DNA of 64,000 nt from assembly GCA_038046785.1 (NCBI GenBank), contig JBBSVM010000006.1, positions 101,875 to 165,874 on the forward strand, read 5' to 3'. The position numbers and the translations under genes were made by a program. How positions within the stretch are numbered: position 1 is the stretch's first letter; each line of letters opens with the position of its first letter. Under the pieces are notes generated by a model that was not told the DNA's origin, searched no databases, and saw nothing but the letters and a program-made list of their open reading frames with translations. The DNA is from Thermoplasmatota archaeon. GTDB taxonomy: Archaea; Thermoplasmatota; E2; JACPAO01; JAHFTW01. This document shows, piece by piece, positions 1 to 9,549 of this stretch.

Positions 1-234
1 TTGGTAGTTGGCAACTAGGACGTTGAGGTCTTGGCCGCGACTCACATCCGCAAGGTAGAGCGCCATGATTTCCCGCTCAGCACCTTGGACCTCTGCCGTT
101 TCCAGGCGGGCTTGGAGTGTTGCCAGGAGGTCCCGTTTGGTCTCCGGCTCGGATTGCGCCATGTGGTTGGCGAGCGCTTCCGCTTGCGATGCTTCCGGTT
201 GTTCACCGGCGATGTCGCCGAGGGCGTCCTTCAT
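1..234 (-). CDS. Hypothetical acidic helical protein, partial (runs off the window)
   Basis: ATG at 234-232 overlaps the upstream stop (ATGA); open to base 1: MKDALGDIAGEQPEASQAEAL... Confidence 0.7.
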   Translation of the reverse strand, partial: MKDALGDIAGEQPEASQAEALANHMAQSEPETKRDLLATLQARLETAEVQGAEREIMALYLADVSRGQDLNVLVANYQ

Positions 235-950
235 GCGCGGCGCACCTCGAGGAGTCGGCGGCGCACGATGATGAACAGGATGGCGCCGAGGACCAGGAAC
301 GCTTGGAGGTCTTGCGGGATGAAGCGGTAGACGTCACCGCCAATTCCAGAACCGAGTTGGATGCCAGTGTAGAGGCTGAGGACGACGAAGGGGATGACGT
401 TCGTGCTCGATTCGACTTGGGTCTCCAGGCGGGCGGCGATGTTGGGATGGAAGATTTGCGCGGTGTGGCCGACGTTCTGGTTCTCGGCAAGCGCTCGCAC
501 CAGCACCATCGTGTCCACCGTGCTCACTCCGGCGCTGAGCAGTTCGGTCTGGAGTTTCTGGGCGCCGGGAAGGTTGGGACCGGTGCCGCCGCCAGGTTTC
601 GTAGTGGTGGCGAGGGCGGTGGCTTTGTTGAGGAAGGTGCCCCATCCTTCCAGGACCGCTTGGAGGGGGAGTTCTGCGTAGGCGGCGCCGACGCGGGCGA
701 AGTAGCGTAGCGTGATGGGGGACTGGCCGACCGCTTCGCGGGCGTTGGCCCAGCGCCTCGCCATGCGTCGTGGCAAGGGGGCAAGGTCGAGGAGGGCGGT
801 GAAGTCGCGCAGGGTCGTGGGAGACCACTGTCCGTTGTCTTTGACGTAGTTGGGGTGTCCGTCGAGGTCGAAATTGTAGTAGCCGTCGGCGTGCCGGATG
901 GGCACGACGATGACGGCGTTGCCGCGTTGGACGAAAGCGTAGTCGTTCAT
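231..950 (-). CDS. Hypothetical protein with C-terminal TM segments
   Basis: 239-aa ORF, GGTGA SD, hydrophobic C-terminus followed by RRR. Confidence 0.8.
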   Translation of the reverse strand: MNDYAFVQRGNAVIVVPIRHADGYYNFDLDGHPNYVKDNGQWSPTTLRDFTALLDLAPLPRRMARRWANAREAVGQSPITLRYFARVGAAYAELPLQAVLEGWGTFLNKATALATTTKPGGGTGPNLPGAQKLQTELLSAGVSTVDTMVLVRALAENQNVGHTAQIFHPNIAARLETQVESSTNVIPFVVLSLYTGIQLGSGIGGDVYRFIPQDLQAFLVLGAILFIIVRRRLLEVRRA

Positions 951-953
951 GGT

Positions 954-1655
954 TCACCAGGGTTTGTTCTTGGATCGGGGTCGTTGTCCGATGAGGTAGG
1001 CGAGAAGTGCGCCGCCGCCAACGAGGCCGTAGGTGACAAGTTTCTGTTGTTGCGTGGCGGGGGGCGTGGCTGAAGTTGAATTGGCGGCCGGTTGCGGCTC
1101 CTCGTGGAAGGCCGCGACCTGATTAGGCGCCTGAAGAAGGACATCTCGCAGGAGTGTGCTTCCGTCCTGGCCACCTTGACTTGCGACGACCTCTCCGAAT
1201 CGTCCCTCGCAGGCGTCTGCCTCGCAGCGCACGGTGAAGCGGCAGGTCTGGATGTAGGGGATGGTGGTGTTGGCGTCGCGGACGCCGCAGACGACGGGGG
1301 CGGGGAGGGTGGCCTCGAAGCAGGAGGGCGGAAGGCAGGTCGGAATTGAGTTGTCTGCCTCGCGCATGGTGATTCCGAGTTGGGTGAACGTGCTCGCTGC
1401 AAAGGCACTCCCGTTGCCGAGTGCGGGGTCGACTTCGCCGAGACCGCCTGCGGTAACGCTCGCATTGTCGGCTTGGCCGGCAACGTCGCCCAAGGCGCCA
1501 CGAGCAAGCAGGGTGACGTTCATCTGGATGGGCAGGTCAATCTCGAGGACGTATCCGGGTCCAATCGGAAGAGTGGCGGGAGGAAATTCGGGCGGTGCCT
1601 GCGCCGTGGCTGCGGCCAACAAGAACAGAGCTGTGATGGGGACGATGCGGTTCAT
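954..1655 (-). CDS. Secreted Cys-containing protein with C-terminal TM anchor
   Basis: Start MNRIVPITALFLLAAATAQA overlaps the upstream stop; signal peptide; TM plus basic tail. Confidence 0.8.
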   Translation of the reverse strand: MNRIVPITALFLLAAATAQAPPEFPPATLPIGPGYVLEIDLPIQMNVTLLARGALGDVAGQADNASVTAGGLGEVDPALGNGSAFAASTFTQLGITMREADNSIPTCLPPSCFEATLPAPVVCGVRDANTTIPYIQTCRFTVRCEADACEGRFGEVVASQGGQDGSTLLRDVLLQAPNQVAAFHEEPQPAANSTSATPPATQQQKLVTYGLVGGGALLAYLIGQRPRSKNKPW

Positions 1656-4600
1656 CGTCGCACCCTCCCAGTCGTGTAGCCGCCTGCGACGATGGCGGCG
1701 ATGAGAAGCCACCAGGGCCAGTTCTGCTTGTTCTCCTCGAACCATTTCCCAGCATCGAAACTCGTGATGCTGGAATTGGTGGAGTTGGTGGCGGGTGGTG
1801 CGCTCGTTGGCCTTTGGACGAGGGTGACGTTGGGCTGAGACGTCCGTAGGAGATTTTGCCAGGGGTCGTTGTCGTCGAGGTCGCCCACGGCGCCAAGCGC
1901 TGTGTCGGCGCGGCGTTGGCAGCCAGTCGTGACGTTCTCTACGAGGGTGCCAACTGTTGTGGCATAGCAGCGGTAGTTGTGGAGGCAGGGTTTGACGACG
2001 GGGATGCCGTCGTGGTCGCGGTCCTCGATGGTGCAGACGGCGGGGGCGATGAGGTCGAGGTAGCCGACACACGATGTCTGGTTCTGAGCCTGTTGGGCGC
2101 AAGTTTGCGCTTGCTCAGTGACGTTGTTGGCTTGCGGCGTCTCGTTGCTGGGGATTGCCTGGGTAGTTTGAAGGGCGAGAGGGACGGGCGGGGATGGTTT
2201 CTTGCCGATGCGGTAGAAGTCGGCGTCTTTGCTGGTGGCTGCGTTCTGATTGTAGGATGCGTCGGCCGTCTGGAGAGACATCCAACTTTGATTAGCAACA
2301 TCATAGACGCTTGCGCCGGTAGCGTAGCGTGCGTAGACGTAGTCGAGCTGAGGCGTGGTTCGGACGACGTAGGTTTGGATGCCGCACCAAGGCAATGAGA
2401 TCGTCTTGGTGGCGGCTCCATCGCGGATGGTCAGAGTACAGGCTGCGTTGCGAGCTTGGATGTGATGCTGTGGGTCCACGATGAAGTAGGGACCGAGGGT
2501 GGAGTCGAGTGTCGGAGCAGCGGCGATTGTGTCGTTCGCGGCCACAAGGGCGTGGAGACCGCTTGCGAGCTGCACGTACGCATTGTGATTGTAGTCGACC
2601 TCCAAGGCCAGGGTTGGACGAGAATCGAGGAAGGGCACGCAGGTGGTGACGTGGCAGCGTTGGATGGCCTGGGCGCGTCTTGTGGGCTGTTGGTCCAGCA
2701 AGACTTCCTCGGGTGTGCTTGGGCGCGTGATGTCGCTTCTGACGTAGATGTGGTCGCCGTCGACCCAGGCAAGCCCTGTTGGGGCTTGGATGCCGGTGGC
2801 GTATGTGCGAATGGCGCCATCTTGGTTGCGGGTTTTGACTTCGCCTTGATTGGAGAGGTAGGCATACTGGCCTTCGAGGCCCTGGTTGACGAAGGTGGCG
2901 GTTTCGTGGTTGACGTTGCTTGTGCGCGCGCCGGCAAGGTTGGCGGTGGATGAGGTCATGACCTCGTAGGTGGGTTCGTCGAGGAAGCGAATGTCCTGAA
3001 AGCCGGAACTGAAGTCAGCTGCCTCCCAGATGCTTCCGTCGAACGTGTAGGCGCGGTTGTTGCGGTACTCGACGGCCACGAACGGGACCTGGATGACCTT
3101 GAACGCAACTTTGCGCTGTGACGTCAGGCCATTGGTGTACGTGGCCTTGTAGACCACCTCATTGACCCGCGGCAACGTGTCCGCTTGAACTTCGCATCGC
3201 AAGGTCGTGGTCGAGCTGGAGCATGCCTGGATTCCGTTGATGCTGGCGTTGAGGCTCCGAAGGGCCAGGTTGGGATGAAGAATGGAGGCATCCAGGGGGA
3301 CGATGGAGTCTTTCAGGAAAGCTTCCATCGGATTGGGTGAACGTAGGGTCCACGTCGGCGCGACATCGGCGATGATGTTTTGCACGACGGACGTTGGCCT
3401 CGGTAAGTGCCCGCGTGTCGTCCACGCCTCCTGTGAGTGTTTTCGTTCGTAGACTGCGTTGTCGATGCCGACCAAGAACTGCCCCTGGACATCGTCCGTG
3501 CAGGAGTGGATCGTCAGCTCGTTGGGCATCCTTGGGATGATTGTGAGGGTGCCGTCGCGGATTCGGATGGTGCTGTCGCGAAGGCCAATGTCGACGCCTT
3601 TTGGTCCAATTTCAAAGCATGGCCCATACAGGGTCGGGATGCTTGCTCGTGCGTCGAGTTGAAGGGTCGGCCACGGTCCTACGCGGGTTAGCGTGCCGTT
3701 GTGCTCAATCCGGTACAGTCCGAGCAGGCCGTTGTTGTCGGCGGGAGCGTATGCGGAGTCCGAAGCGTAATCTACGTAGACTCCGGCGAGGGCTTTTCCA
3801 AGCCCGGGTCCTTCCCGGATGGCTCCGAAATCCCAGATGGATGAGCTGCCTTGCCTGCACACCAATGCGTGCGTGCCCCAGAACTTGGTGGGTGAGAACT
3901 CGGTTGCATTGGACCACGTGGTTGCGGGACAAAGTGATCGGAAGGGGTTCGTGTGGACGAATGGCTGGCGTTCACCTTCGAGGTTGACGACTTGGTCTTG
4001 GTGGGATGCCTGTCCGCGAAACACGTACCGGGTGGGGTCCATCCAGTAGTAGCCGGTGGCGGTGCTTGGGTGGGGGATCCATTCGAACCCGGTCCAGAAT
4101 CCCTTGGCGGCAATGGCTTGTTTCCCATTCGTTTTGATGGAATCGTTGGGAAGGTCTTCGTGGTAGTTGGGGCTTCGGATGCGGGAGTCCTGCTGGACGT
4201 ACCCGCCGATTCCCGAGCGGGTTGCATACGTGGTCAAGGTTGTGGGGGTGGGTCCCGGTGAAAGTTTGAGGTCGCCGGCTGCGAGGCCGAGGAATACGGC
4301 GTCGCTTGAGAGCGGCGTGACGATTCCGGCGGGCGTGATTCGGAAGAAGATTCCGTTGAGTTCGGGGGTTCCGCCGAGGAAGCTCAGCACGAGGCCGTCT
4401 TGATCCTGGAGGGCGCCGGCGAAGATGGGGTGCGTCGCGGGTGCTGTGATTGTTGCGAGGCGCTCTGATGCGCTCCAGATTTCGAGGTTGCCGGGCGTGC
4501 TTGTTGGGGCGTAGAGGAAAGAACGAGTTAGGGGAAACAAGCCAAAGGGCTCGACAGGTGGGTACGTCGTCGTTGTGAGGGTTTCAATGTCGAGGACGCC

Positions 4601-5281
4601 CCTTCCTGTTTGATGGTGGTAGAGTGCGACGTGTCGTCCTGCATGCGGTCCCGTGAGGGGGAAACTCTGCTGGAAACCGCCGTTGATGTTGCCGCTCAAG
4701 CTTGTTGCGCGAAGCTGGCCCTCGCCCATGAGGAACATTGTGCGCGCGGGTGCAGTACCTTGGAGAAGCGCATGGCCATCCCCGACGTACCAGGGGGCAA
4801 AATTGCGCGTTGCCGTCTGGAACAAGGTGCTGTTGGTCTTGTTCCAGATGCATGCCGCGTATTCGGGGCTCGGGATATTGTCGACGCTTCCTCCGACGTA
4901 GATGTAGTCACGGTCTTCAACGATTCCAGGCAAGTTCTGGAAACTCCATTTCTTGAATGCGGGGAAATCAGAGTAGCATGTGCGGGTCCTTGCCAAGCCG
5001 TTCTCAATTGTGTAAATGTGGAGATTTCTTCCGTCGGCAAAATGGGCCTGCACCTGGACTTCACTGGTCGCGTTGAGTGTAGCGGAGCCTACACCTTGTC
5101 CAAGCAGCGGGACGCCGAGGTATGGGGCGTGGCCGGCAACCTCCCCTTGCGCCTCGCTTTGGCGGTCTAGGAATTGAAGGTAATCCGGGGCAGGCTCTAC
5201 GATAGCGTAATTGGGCGCTGTTGACAGTCCGCCAGCGATTGGCAGGAGAAGGATTGCAAGGGCAAGATAGATTCGTGGCAT
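1652..5281 (-). CDS. Large (1209 aa) surface protein, beta-rich, C-terminal TM anchor; possible adhesin or receptor-binding protein
   Basis: Signal peptide, GGAG SD, beta-strand-rich repeats, Cys cluster with DRDHDG motif, TM plus RVRR. Confidence 0.85.
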   Translation of the reverse strand: MPRIYLALAILLLPIAGGLSTAPNYAIVEPAPDYLQFLDRQSEAQGEVAGHAPYLGVPLLGQGVGSATLNATSEVQVQAHFADGRNLHIYTIENGLARTRTCYSDFPAFKKWSFQNLPGIVEDRDYIYVGGSVDNIPSPEYAACIWNKTNSTLFQTATRNFAPWYVGDGHALLQGTAPARTMFLMGEGQLRATSLSGNINGGFQQSFPLTGPHAGRHVALYHHQTGRGVLDIETLTTTTYPPVEPFGLFPLTRSFLYAPTSTPGNLEIWSASERLATITAPATHPIFAGALQDQDGLVLSFLGGTPELNGIFFRITPAGIVTPLSSDAVFLGLAAGDLKLSPGPTPTTLTTYATRSGIGGYVQQDSRIRSPNYHEDLPNDSIKTNGKQAIAAKGFWTGFEWIPHPSTATGYYWMDPTRYVFRGQASHQDQVVNLEGERQPFVHTNPFRSLCPATTWSNATEFSPTKFWGTHALVCRQGSSSIWDFGAIREGPGLGKALAGVYVDYASDSAYAPADNNGLLGLYRIEHNGTLTRVGPWPTLQLDARASIPTLYGPCFEIGPKGVDIGLRDSTIRIRDGTLTIIPRMPNELTIHSCTDDVQGQFLVGIDNAVYERKHSQEAWTTRGHLPRPTSVVQNIIADVAPTWTLRSPNPMEAFLKDSIVPLDASILHPNLALRSLNASINGIQACSSSTTTLRCEVQADTLPRVNEVVYKATYTNGLTSQRKVAFKVIQVPFVAVEYRNNRAYTFDGSIWEAADFSSGFQDIRFLDEPTYEVMTSSTANLAGARTSNVNHETATFVNQGLEGQYAYLSNQGEVKTRNQDGAIRTYATGIQAPTGLAWVDGDHIYVRSDITRPSTPEEVLLDQQPTRRAQAIQRCHVTTCVPFLDSRPTLALEVDYNHNAYVQLASGLHALVAANDTIAAAPTLDSTLGPYFIVDPQHHIQARNAACTLTIRDGAATKTISLPWCGIQTYVVRTTPQLDYVYARYATGASVYDVANQSWMSLQTADASYNQNAATSKDADFYRIGKKPSPPVPLALQTTQAIPSNETPQANNVTEQAQTCAQQAQNQTSCVGYLDLIAPAVCTIEDRDHDGIPVVKPCLHNYRCYATTVGTLVENVTTGCQRRADTALGAVGDLDDNDPWQNLLRTSQPNVTLVQRPTSAPPATNSTNSSITSFDAGKWFEENKQNWPWWLLIAAIVAGGYTTGRVRR

Positions 5282-5380
5282 TGACGCTCCTTTGTTGAGG
5301 TTGGAGTTGGTTGGCCTCCGCAGCGTTGCCGCTACGGGTGGTCGTAAGGGTTGGAAGAGGGGTGGAGGGGTTGAGGGGGT

Positions 5381-5590
5381 TCAGCGGCGTGGTTTGCCAA
5401 CACCGCGCGCGTAGGTCCACCATGCGGCCCAGGTTGCGCTGCCGGCGCCGAAACTGGCGAGCAGGAGCACGACGAGGGGGAGGAACAGGTTCCGCATCGC
5501 CATGCCTGCCGCGAGCGCGACGAGGAGGGCGAGGACGAAGCCGTTGAGCTGCTTGCGCGGCTCGATGCGGACGTCGAGGTTGCGGGCCAT
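5381..5590 (-). CDS. Small two-TM membrane protein (69 aa)
   Basis: MARNLDVRIEPRKQLNGFVLALLVALAAG..., starts 4 nt after the upstream stop. Confidence 0.7.
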   Translation of the reverse strand: MARNLDVRIEPRKQLNGFVLALLVALAAGMAMRNLFLPLVVLLLASFGAGSATWAAWWTYARGVGKPRR

Positions 5591-5594
5591 GCTC

Positions 5595-6110
5595 TCACAA
5601 GTTGATGGTGGTGGTTCCGAGTTCGGCGTCGATGATGCGGATCGCATCACCCGCGTCGTGGGCGAGGTAGTCCACTTGGACGAGTCCTGCTTGACCGCGC
5701 TGCAGCTCCTTCGTGAAGGCGACGAGGCCGTCGGGCAGGATGACTTGCAGTTTGACGCCGGTGACGCCGTAGCTGGTGAAGCTTGCCTGGTAGCCGGTGG
5801 CTTGCGGGTTGACGAAGCTGGGGCCGATGTGGGTGTAGGCGTCGCCATCGAAGCTGAGGAAGGCGCGCTTGTAGCTGCCCGTCGGAGCTTGCGTTCGTGT
5901 CAGGTCGGTGACGCAGCCGACGGGGTCTTTCTGGGCGCGTTTGAGGAGCCCGTCGAGGAATCCGGTCGAGCAGGGCACCTCGTCGGGCTGCCCGTTGGGG
6001 GGAGTCGCGGTGTCGTCGTCCTTGTCGGTGGCTTTGACGCCGGCGTAGGTGGCTCCGCCCGCGCCGAGGATGGCGAGGGCGACGAGGAGCGCGGTGGCTT
6101 TGCTGTCCAT
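5595..6110 (-). CDS. N-terminally anchored or secreted hypothetical protein
   Basis: MDSKATALLVALAILGAGG; TGATG overlap with the upstream gene. Confidence 0.8.
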   Translation of the reverse strand: MDSKATALLVALAILGAGGATYAGVKATDKDDDTATPPNGQPDEVPCSTGFLDGLLKRAQKDPVGCVTDLTRTQAPTGSYKRAFLSFDGDAYTHIGPSFVNPQATGYQASFTSYGVTGVKLQVILPDGLVAFTKELQRGQAGLVQVDYLAHDAGDAIRIIDAELGTTTINL

Positions 6111-6658
6111 CAGAACCACCCTTGCTTGGTGAGCTTGAATTCGCTGGTGCTGTGGCCGGGGTCGGGTTTGGGGCTGTAGGGCAGCCACCACGGGTTGTTG
6201 TCGTTCTGGTTCTCGAATTGGAAGTCGAGGAGGTAGGCGCCGAAGCCGCTCGCGGTGCTCCACTTGAAGGTCGCCTTGAACGTGCTCGTCTCGTCCTTCT
6301 CGACGCCCACGTTGATGCTCATGGGAGCCGAGTTGCCGTGGTTGCCGGGGTAGTACACGGTGGTGGTGATGGTGCCACGTCGGTTCCAGAACCAACTCGT
6401 TGCTTGGTCGGGATCCTCATACTTGGCCTCGCTCTCGTCGAGTTTGCCATCCTCCAACTTGCCGGAGTCACAATCGACGAGGCTGGCGTGGAAGCCCTCC
6501 GTGCCGTCCAGCTTGAAGTTGCAGATGACGGTGAGGTGCTTCGCCTTGAGCTGCTCGACGGTAAGGCCGGTCTCAGCACCTTTGGGTTTGACGCTGGGTC
6601 CGGCGCAGCCTGCGAAGAGCAGGGTGGCCACGAGGGCGATGGCGAGGAGGGGTTTCAT
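6110..6658 (-). CDS. Putative lipoprotein
   Basis: Lipobox-like LFAGC after a hydrophobic leader; ATGA overlap. Confidence 0.8.
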   Translation of the reverse strand: MKPLLAIALVATLLFAGCAGPSVKPKGAETGLTVEQLKAKHLTVICNFKLDGTEGFHASLVDCDSGKLEDGKLDESEAKYEDPDQATSWFWNRRGTITTTVYYPGNHGNSAPMSINVGVEKDETSTFKATFKWSTASGFGAYLLDFQFENQNDNNPWWLPYSPKPDPGHSTSEFKLTKQGWF

Positions 6659-8901
6659 GGGGCACCTCGGCGGCGGGGTTGGCTGCGCCGTTGCGCCCGG
6701 TCGAGCCGCCCCTGCGTCCGCTTGGCCTGCCGTGTCGGGTCCTTGCGCTTGTCTTGCACGCGCTGGATGACGAGGTAGGCGACGAGGGCGAGCGTGAGAA
6801 GGCCGACGATGCTCTCGGCTTTGTTGTTGTTGAACCAGTCGAGGGCGTTGTTGCCGGTGCCCGACTCCATCGTGTATTCTTGGCCCGCTTTGCCACCGGG
6901 GGCGGGGGCTTGTCCCGTGCCGGTGGCCGGTTGGTAGCCCTGCTTGGTGAGCGTCACGGTGTATTGGCTCAATGCGCTGATGGGCAGCGTCGCGTAGCCG
7001 TTCGTGTTGGTCGTGGAGGTCGAGCTGGTCTTGCTGATGCCAAACAGGTCCGAGGAATCCACTTGGACGGCGACCTCCTTGAGTCCTTGGCTGAGATAGC
7101 CAGTGCTTGAGCCGCCGACGGCGCGGATGGTGAGTTGGCTCATGGCGCCGATGGGGGCTTGCTGCAGCACGCTGAGAGGGACCGTTGCGATGGCGGTGCC
7201 GACGGCGTTGGTGAGCGCCGCGACGACGCCCTGGCTGGCGCCCATTGGGATGATGGTGGCGGCGTTGGGCATGGCGGGGGCCTGCATGCCTTCGTAGATG
7301 CCGTCGAGCACGTTCAGGTCATGGTCGGGGAGGCAGCTGCCTTTGCATCCGACATCCTTGAGGGCGCTCGGGTTGGGTCCGTCGATGCCGGGGATGGCGC
7401 CGATGCCTTCGCTGGGCAGTTTCCATTTCCCGAAGCTTGGCAGGGTGGGGCCGAAACCGACGACGCCACCGAGTTTGGTTCCGTCGTGTGGAATGGGCGG
7501 GAGGTCCTTGAGGAGGCCGGTATCGGTCCCTTTGAGGACACCGTTGAAGCTGCCAAGCGGGCTTGTCGTTCCGAGGAGATTCTTGAACTTGCCCGCGTCG
7601 CCGAGGTTGCGCACGACGCTTGCCATCTTGGGGGTGACTTCGAGGGCGCCGGGTGTGAAGCACATGGCGTTCTTGGTTGCGGCGTTGAGGTTGTTCTTGC
7701 AGACGGCCGGTGTCGGCACGATGCTGGTGTCGATGCCGGTCTTGGCAAGCTCGTCGAACTTGGCGAGGTTTTCGCGGTAGTTCCCGAGCGTGGAGTCGAA
7801 GCGGATGCCGCCGGCCACTTGACGCGTTGCATCGAGTTGGGAGAGGTAGCTGAAGTGCGTGGGGTTGGTGCTGCTTGCGCTTTTGAGGGCGGTGATGAGG
7901 TTGTTGTCGGCCACCATGCTCACCGGGTCCGAGAGGAGGACGATCTTGCCGAAGCCGCCATCCACGAGGATGAGCTGCTTGTTGGCGGTGTCGAGGATGG
8001 TCTTCGGGTCCGGGTTGGGCAGCGTCACGGTGCGGGTTGCGTAGCCGAGCGTTGCCATGTTGGCTCCGAGGGCGGTTGTGTCGAGGGAGCCGATAGCTTT
8101 CGTCGCCGTGCTGAGGGCGCCAAGCAGGTGGTTGAGGTCCAAATCGGTGAGCGTCTTGGCGTCCAGCATGGACTTGATGCCGGAGGCGGTGGTCGCGAGC
8201 GTGTCGGTGGTGGGGACCTGTGTGGTGGCGCTGGTGAGTGTTCCGAGGACGAGGTTGTCGTCCGGATCAATCGCCATGAGTTTCGTGACGGGTGCCAGCG
8301 CGTCGGTGACGCAGAATCGTTCGGCCGCGATGCTGGTGGTGGGCGGCTTCTGGATGCTGGCGGGGTTCTGGAAGAGCTTGCCCGCCTCGGGGGCAACCTC
8401 AAGCGTGGATTGGACGGCGCCCCAGACGTTGAGGGTGGCGGTGACGACGTCGCGCGGGTTGAAGCTCGTTGCCGGGTCGAGGCTCGGCTGGGTTCCGGCG
8501 CGCTGGATGGTCATCGTGACGGGGGTCAGGAAGACGGTGAAATCGTAGAGTCCGTCCGTTCCGCCAGCGGTTGCGTCGAGGGGTGGCAGGTTGAGGCTGC
8601 GCACCGTACCGGGTCCGACGATGGTTGCGTTCAATTTGCCGGCACTTCCCATGGCGATGAGGAGCGGGTTCTTGGCGAAGTTGACGACCATGCTCTGGGC
8701 GGGGGCGAGGCCGCTGACTGCCATTTTGAGGACGCAGCCGAGTTCGGCGTCGGCGAGTGTAGGGTTTGGCGGGACGACGGCGGGTGGGTCGGGCTCGAAC
8801 CCGGCCCAACCCGAGCCGGGGTTGGCGATGTCTTTCGGGGCTGGACCGGCCGCCACGAGGGGGGCCAGCAGCAGTAGGGCGAGTGCGATGTGTGTTTTCA
8901 T
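6655..8901 (-). CDS. 748-aa surface protein with C-terminal TM anchor; possible spike or envelope protein
   Basis: True start MKTHIALALLLLAPLVAAG at 8901; TTNTNGYATL...YTVTLTKQGY resembles a carboxypeptidase-regulatory-like domain; TM plus basic tail. Confidence 0.85.
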   Translation of the reverse strand: MKTHIALALLLLAPLVAAGPAPKDIANPGSGWAGFEPDPPAVVPPNPTLADAELGCVLKMAVSGLAPAQSMVVNFAKNPLLIAMGSAGKLNATIVGPGTVRSLNLPPLDATAGGTDGLYDFTVFLTPVTMTIQRAGTQPSLDPATSFNPRDVVTATLNVWGAVQSTLEVAPEAGKLFQNPASIQKPPTTSIAAERFCVTDALAPVTKLMAIDPDDNLVLGTLTSATTQVPTTDTLATTASGIKSMLDAKTLTDLDLNHLLGALSTATKAIGSLDTTALGANMATLGYATRTVTLPNPDPKTILDTANKQLILVDGGFGKIVLLSDPVSMVADNNLITALKSASSTNPTHFSYLSQLDATRQVAGGIRFDSTLGNYRENLAKFDELAKTGIDTSIVPTPAVCKNNLNAATKNAMCFTPGALEVTPKMASVVRNLGDAGKFKNLLGTTSPLGSFNGVLKGTDTGLLKDLPPIPHDGTKLGGVVGFGPTLPSFGKWKLPSEGIGAIPGIDGPNPSALKDVGCKGSCLPDHDLNVLDGIYEGMQAPAMPNAATIIPMGASQGVVAALTNAVGTAIATVPLSVLQQAPIGAMSQLTIRAVGGSSTGYLSQGLKEVAVQVDSSDLFGISKTSSTSTTNTNGYATLPISALSQYTVTLTKQGYQPATGTGQAPAPGGKAGQEYTMESGTGNNALDWFNNNKAESIVGLLTLALVAYLVIQRVQDKRKDPTRQAKRTQGRLDRAQRRSQPRRRGAP

Positions 8902-9128
8902 GTGGGTTCTCCGGGGTTGGGTCGCACGGGGCGGCCCAGCAGAATGGCAAGGGTGGCAGCCGAGGTGGCGGCGAGGATGGCGGGGAGCCATTGCCGGGTG
9001 ACGGCGAGGTAGAGGGAGAGGACGGCGAGGGCGTAGAGGAGGATGTAGTCGGCGAGTCCCTTGACGCGGCGGGCTCGCCGGTTGCGTCGGCGTTCTTCGT
9101 GGAGGATGCCGTAGAGGTGCAAGCTCAT
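8898..9128 (-). CDS. Small membrane protein (76 aa) with HLYGIL motif
   Basis: MSLHLYGILHEERRRNRR...; GGAGG SD; ATGA overlaps at both ends. Confidence 0.75.
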   Translation of the reverse strand: MSLHLYGILHEERRRNRRARRVKGLADYILLYALAVLSLYLAVTRQWLPAILAATSAATLAILLGRPVRPNPGEPT

Positions 9129-9355
9129 CGTTTCCTCCGGACGAGTTTGGTGGCGCCAATGGCGGAGCGGGCGGGCAGGGTTCCGGCCTTGACTGCGATG
9201 CCGATGAGTTGGGCGCCGAACTGGATGGCAAGGAAGGCGATGACGGCGAGGGGGAGGGCAAGGAAGCCGAAGAGCCAGCTGCGCCGGAAACTGATGTACA
9301 CCACTGCGCCAAGGGCGAGGGCGAGCAGGGTTTTGTGCGGCAGGCTGACCTTCAC
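9125..9355 (-). CDS. Small two-TM membrane protein (76 aa)
   Basis: GTG start overlapping the upstream TGA; GGAGG SD; hydrophobic. Confidence 0.7.
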   Translation of the reverse strand: MKVSLPHKTLLALALGAVVYISFRRSWLFGFLALPLAVIAFLAIQFGAQLIGIAVKAGTLPARSAIGATKLVRRKR

Positions 9356-9549
9356 AGGTTGGCCTCCCAGTTGAGTTCGCCATCGAGTTGGGGAACATGG
9401 ACGGGGTCGAGGATAGTGTAGAGGTGGGTCCAATCGCCAGCAGCGCGGGTGCTTGGCGGGAGCTTGTGGGTTGCGCAGGGTTCCTCATTCTGGCAGCGCC
9501 ACCAGCCTGAACCGGTTGCGCAGTGTCGGAGGTAAATGCATTGGGTCAT
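9352..9549 (-). CDS. Small Cys/His-rich protein (65 aa) with HLYTIL motif
   Basis: Four Cys plus His; abuts both neighbours. Confidence 0.7.
   Translation of the reverse strand: MTQCIYLRHCATGSGWWRCQNEEPCATHKLPPSTRAAGDWTHLYTILDPVHVPQLDGELNWEANL

Noticed and set aside
7135-8877. 580-aa plus-strand ORF and similar long antisense ORFs (e.g. 51910-53934, 42730-43965, 61239-62615)
   Set aside because: Shadow frames of well-supported opposite-strand genes in high-GC DNA; no motifs
8902-9312. N-terminal extension of the 885-aa track ORF, and similar extensions of 954, 5595, 10989, 19426 and 49485
   Set aside because: They overlap separate coupled genes; true starts are downstream at signal peptides or SD sites
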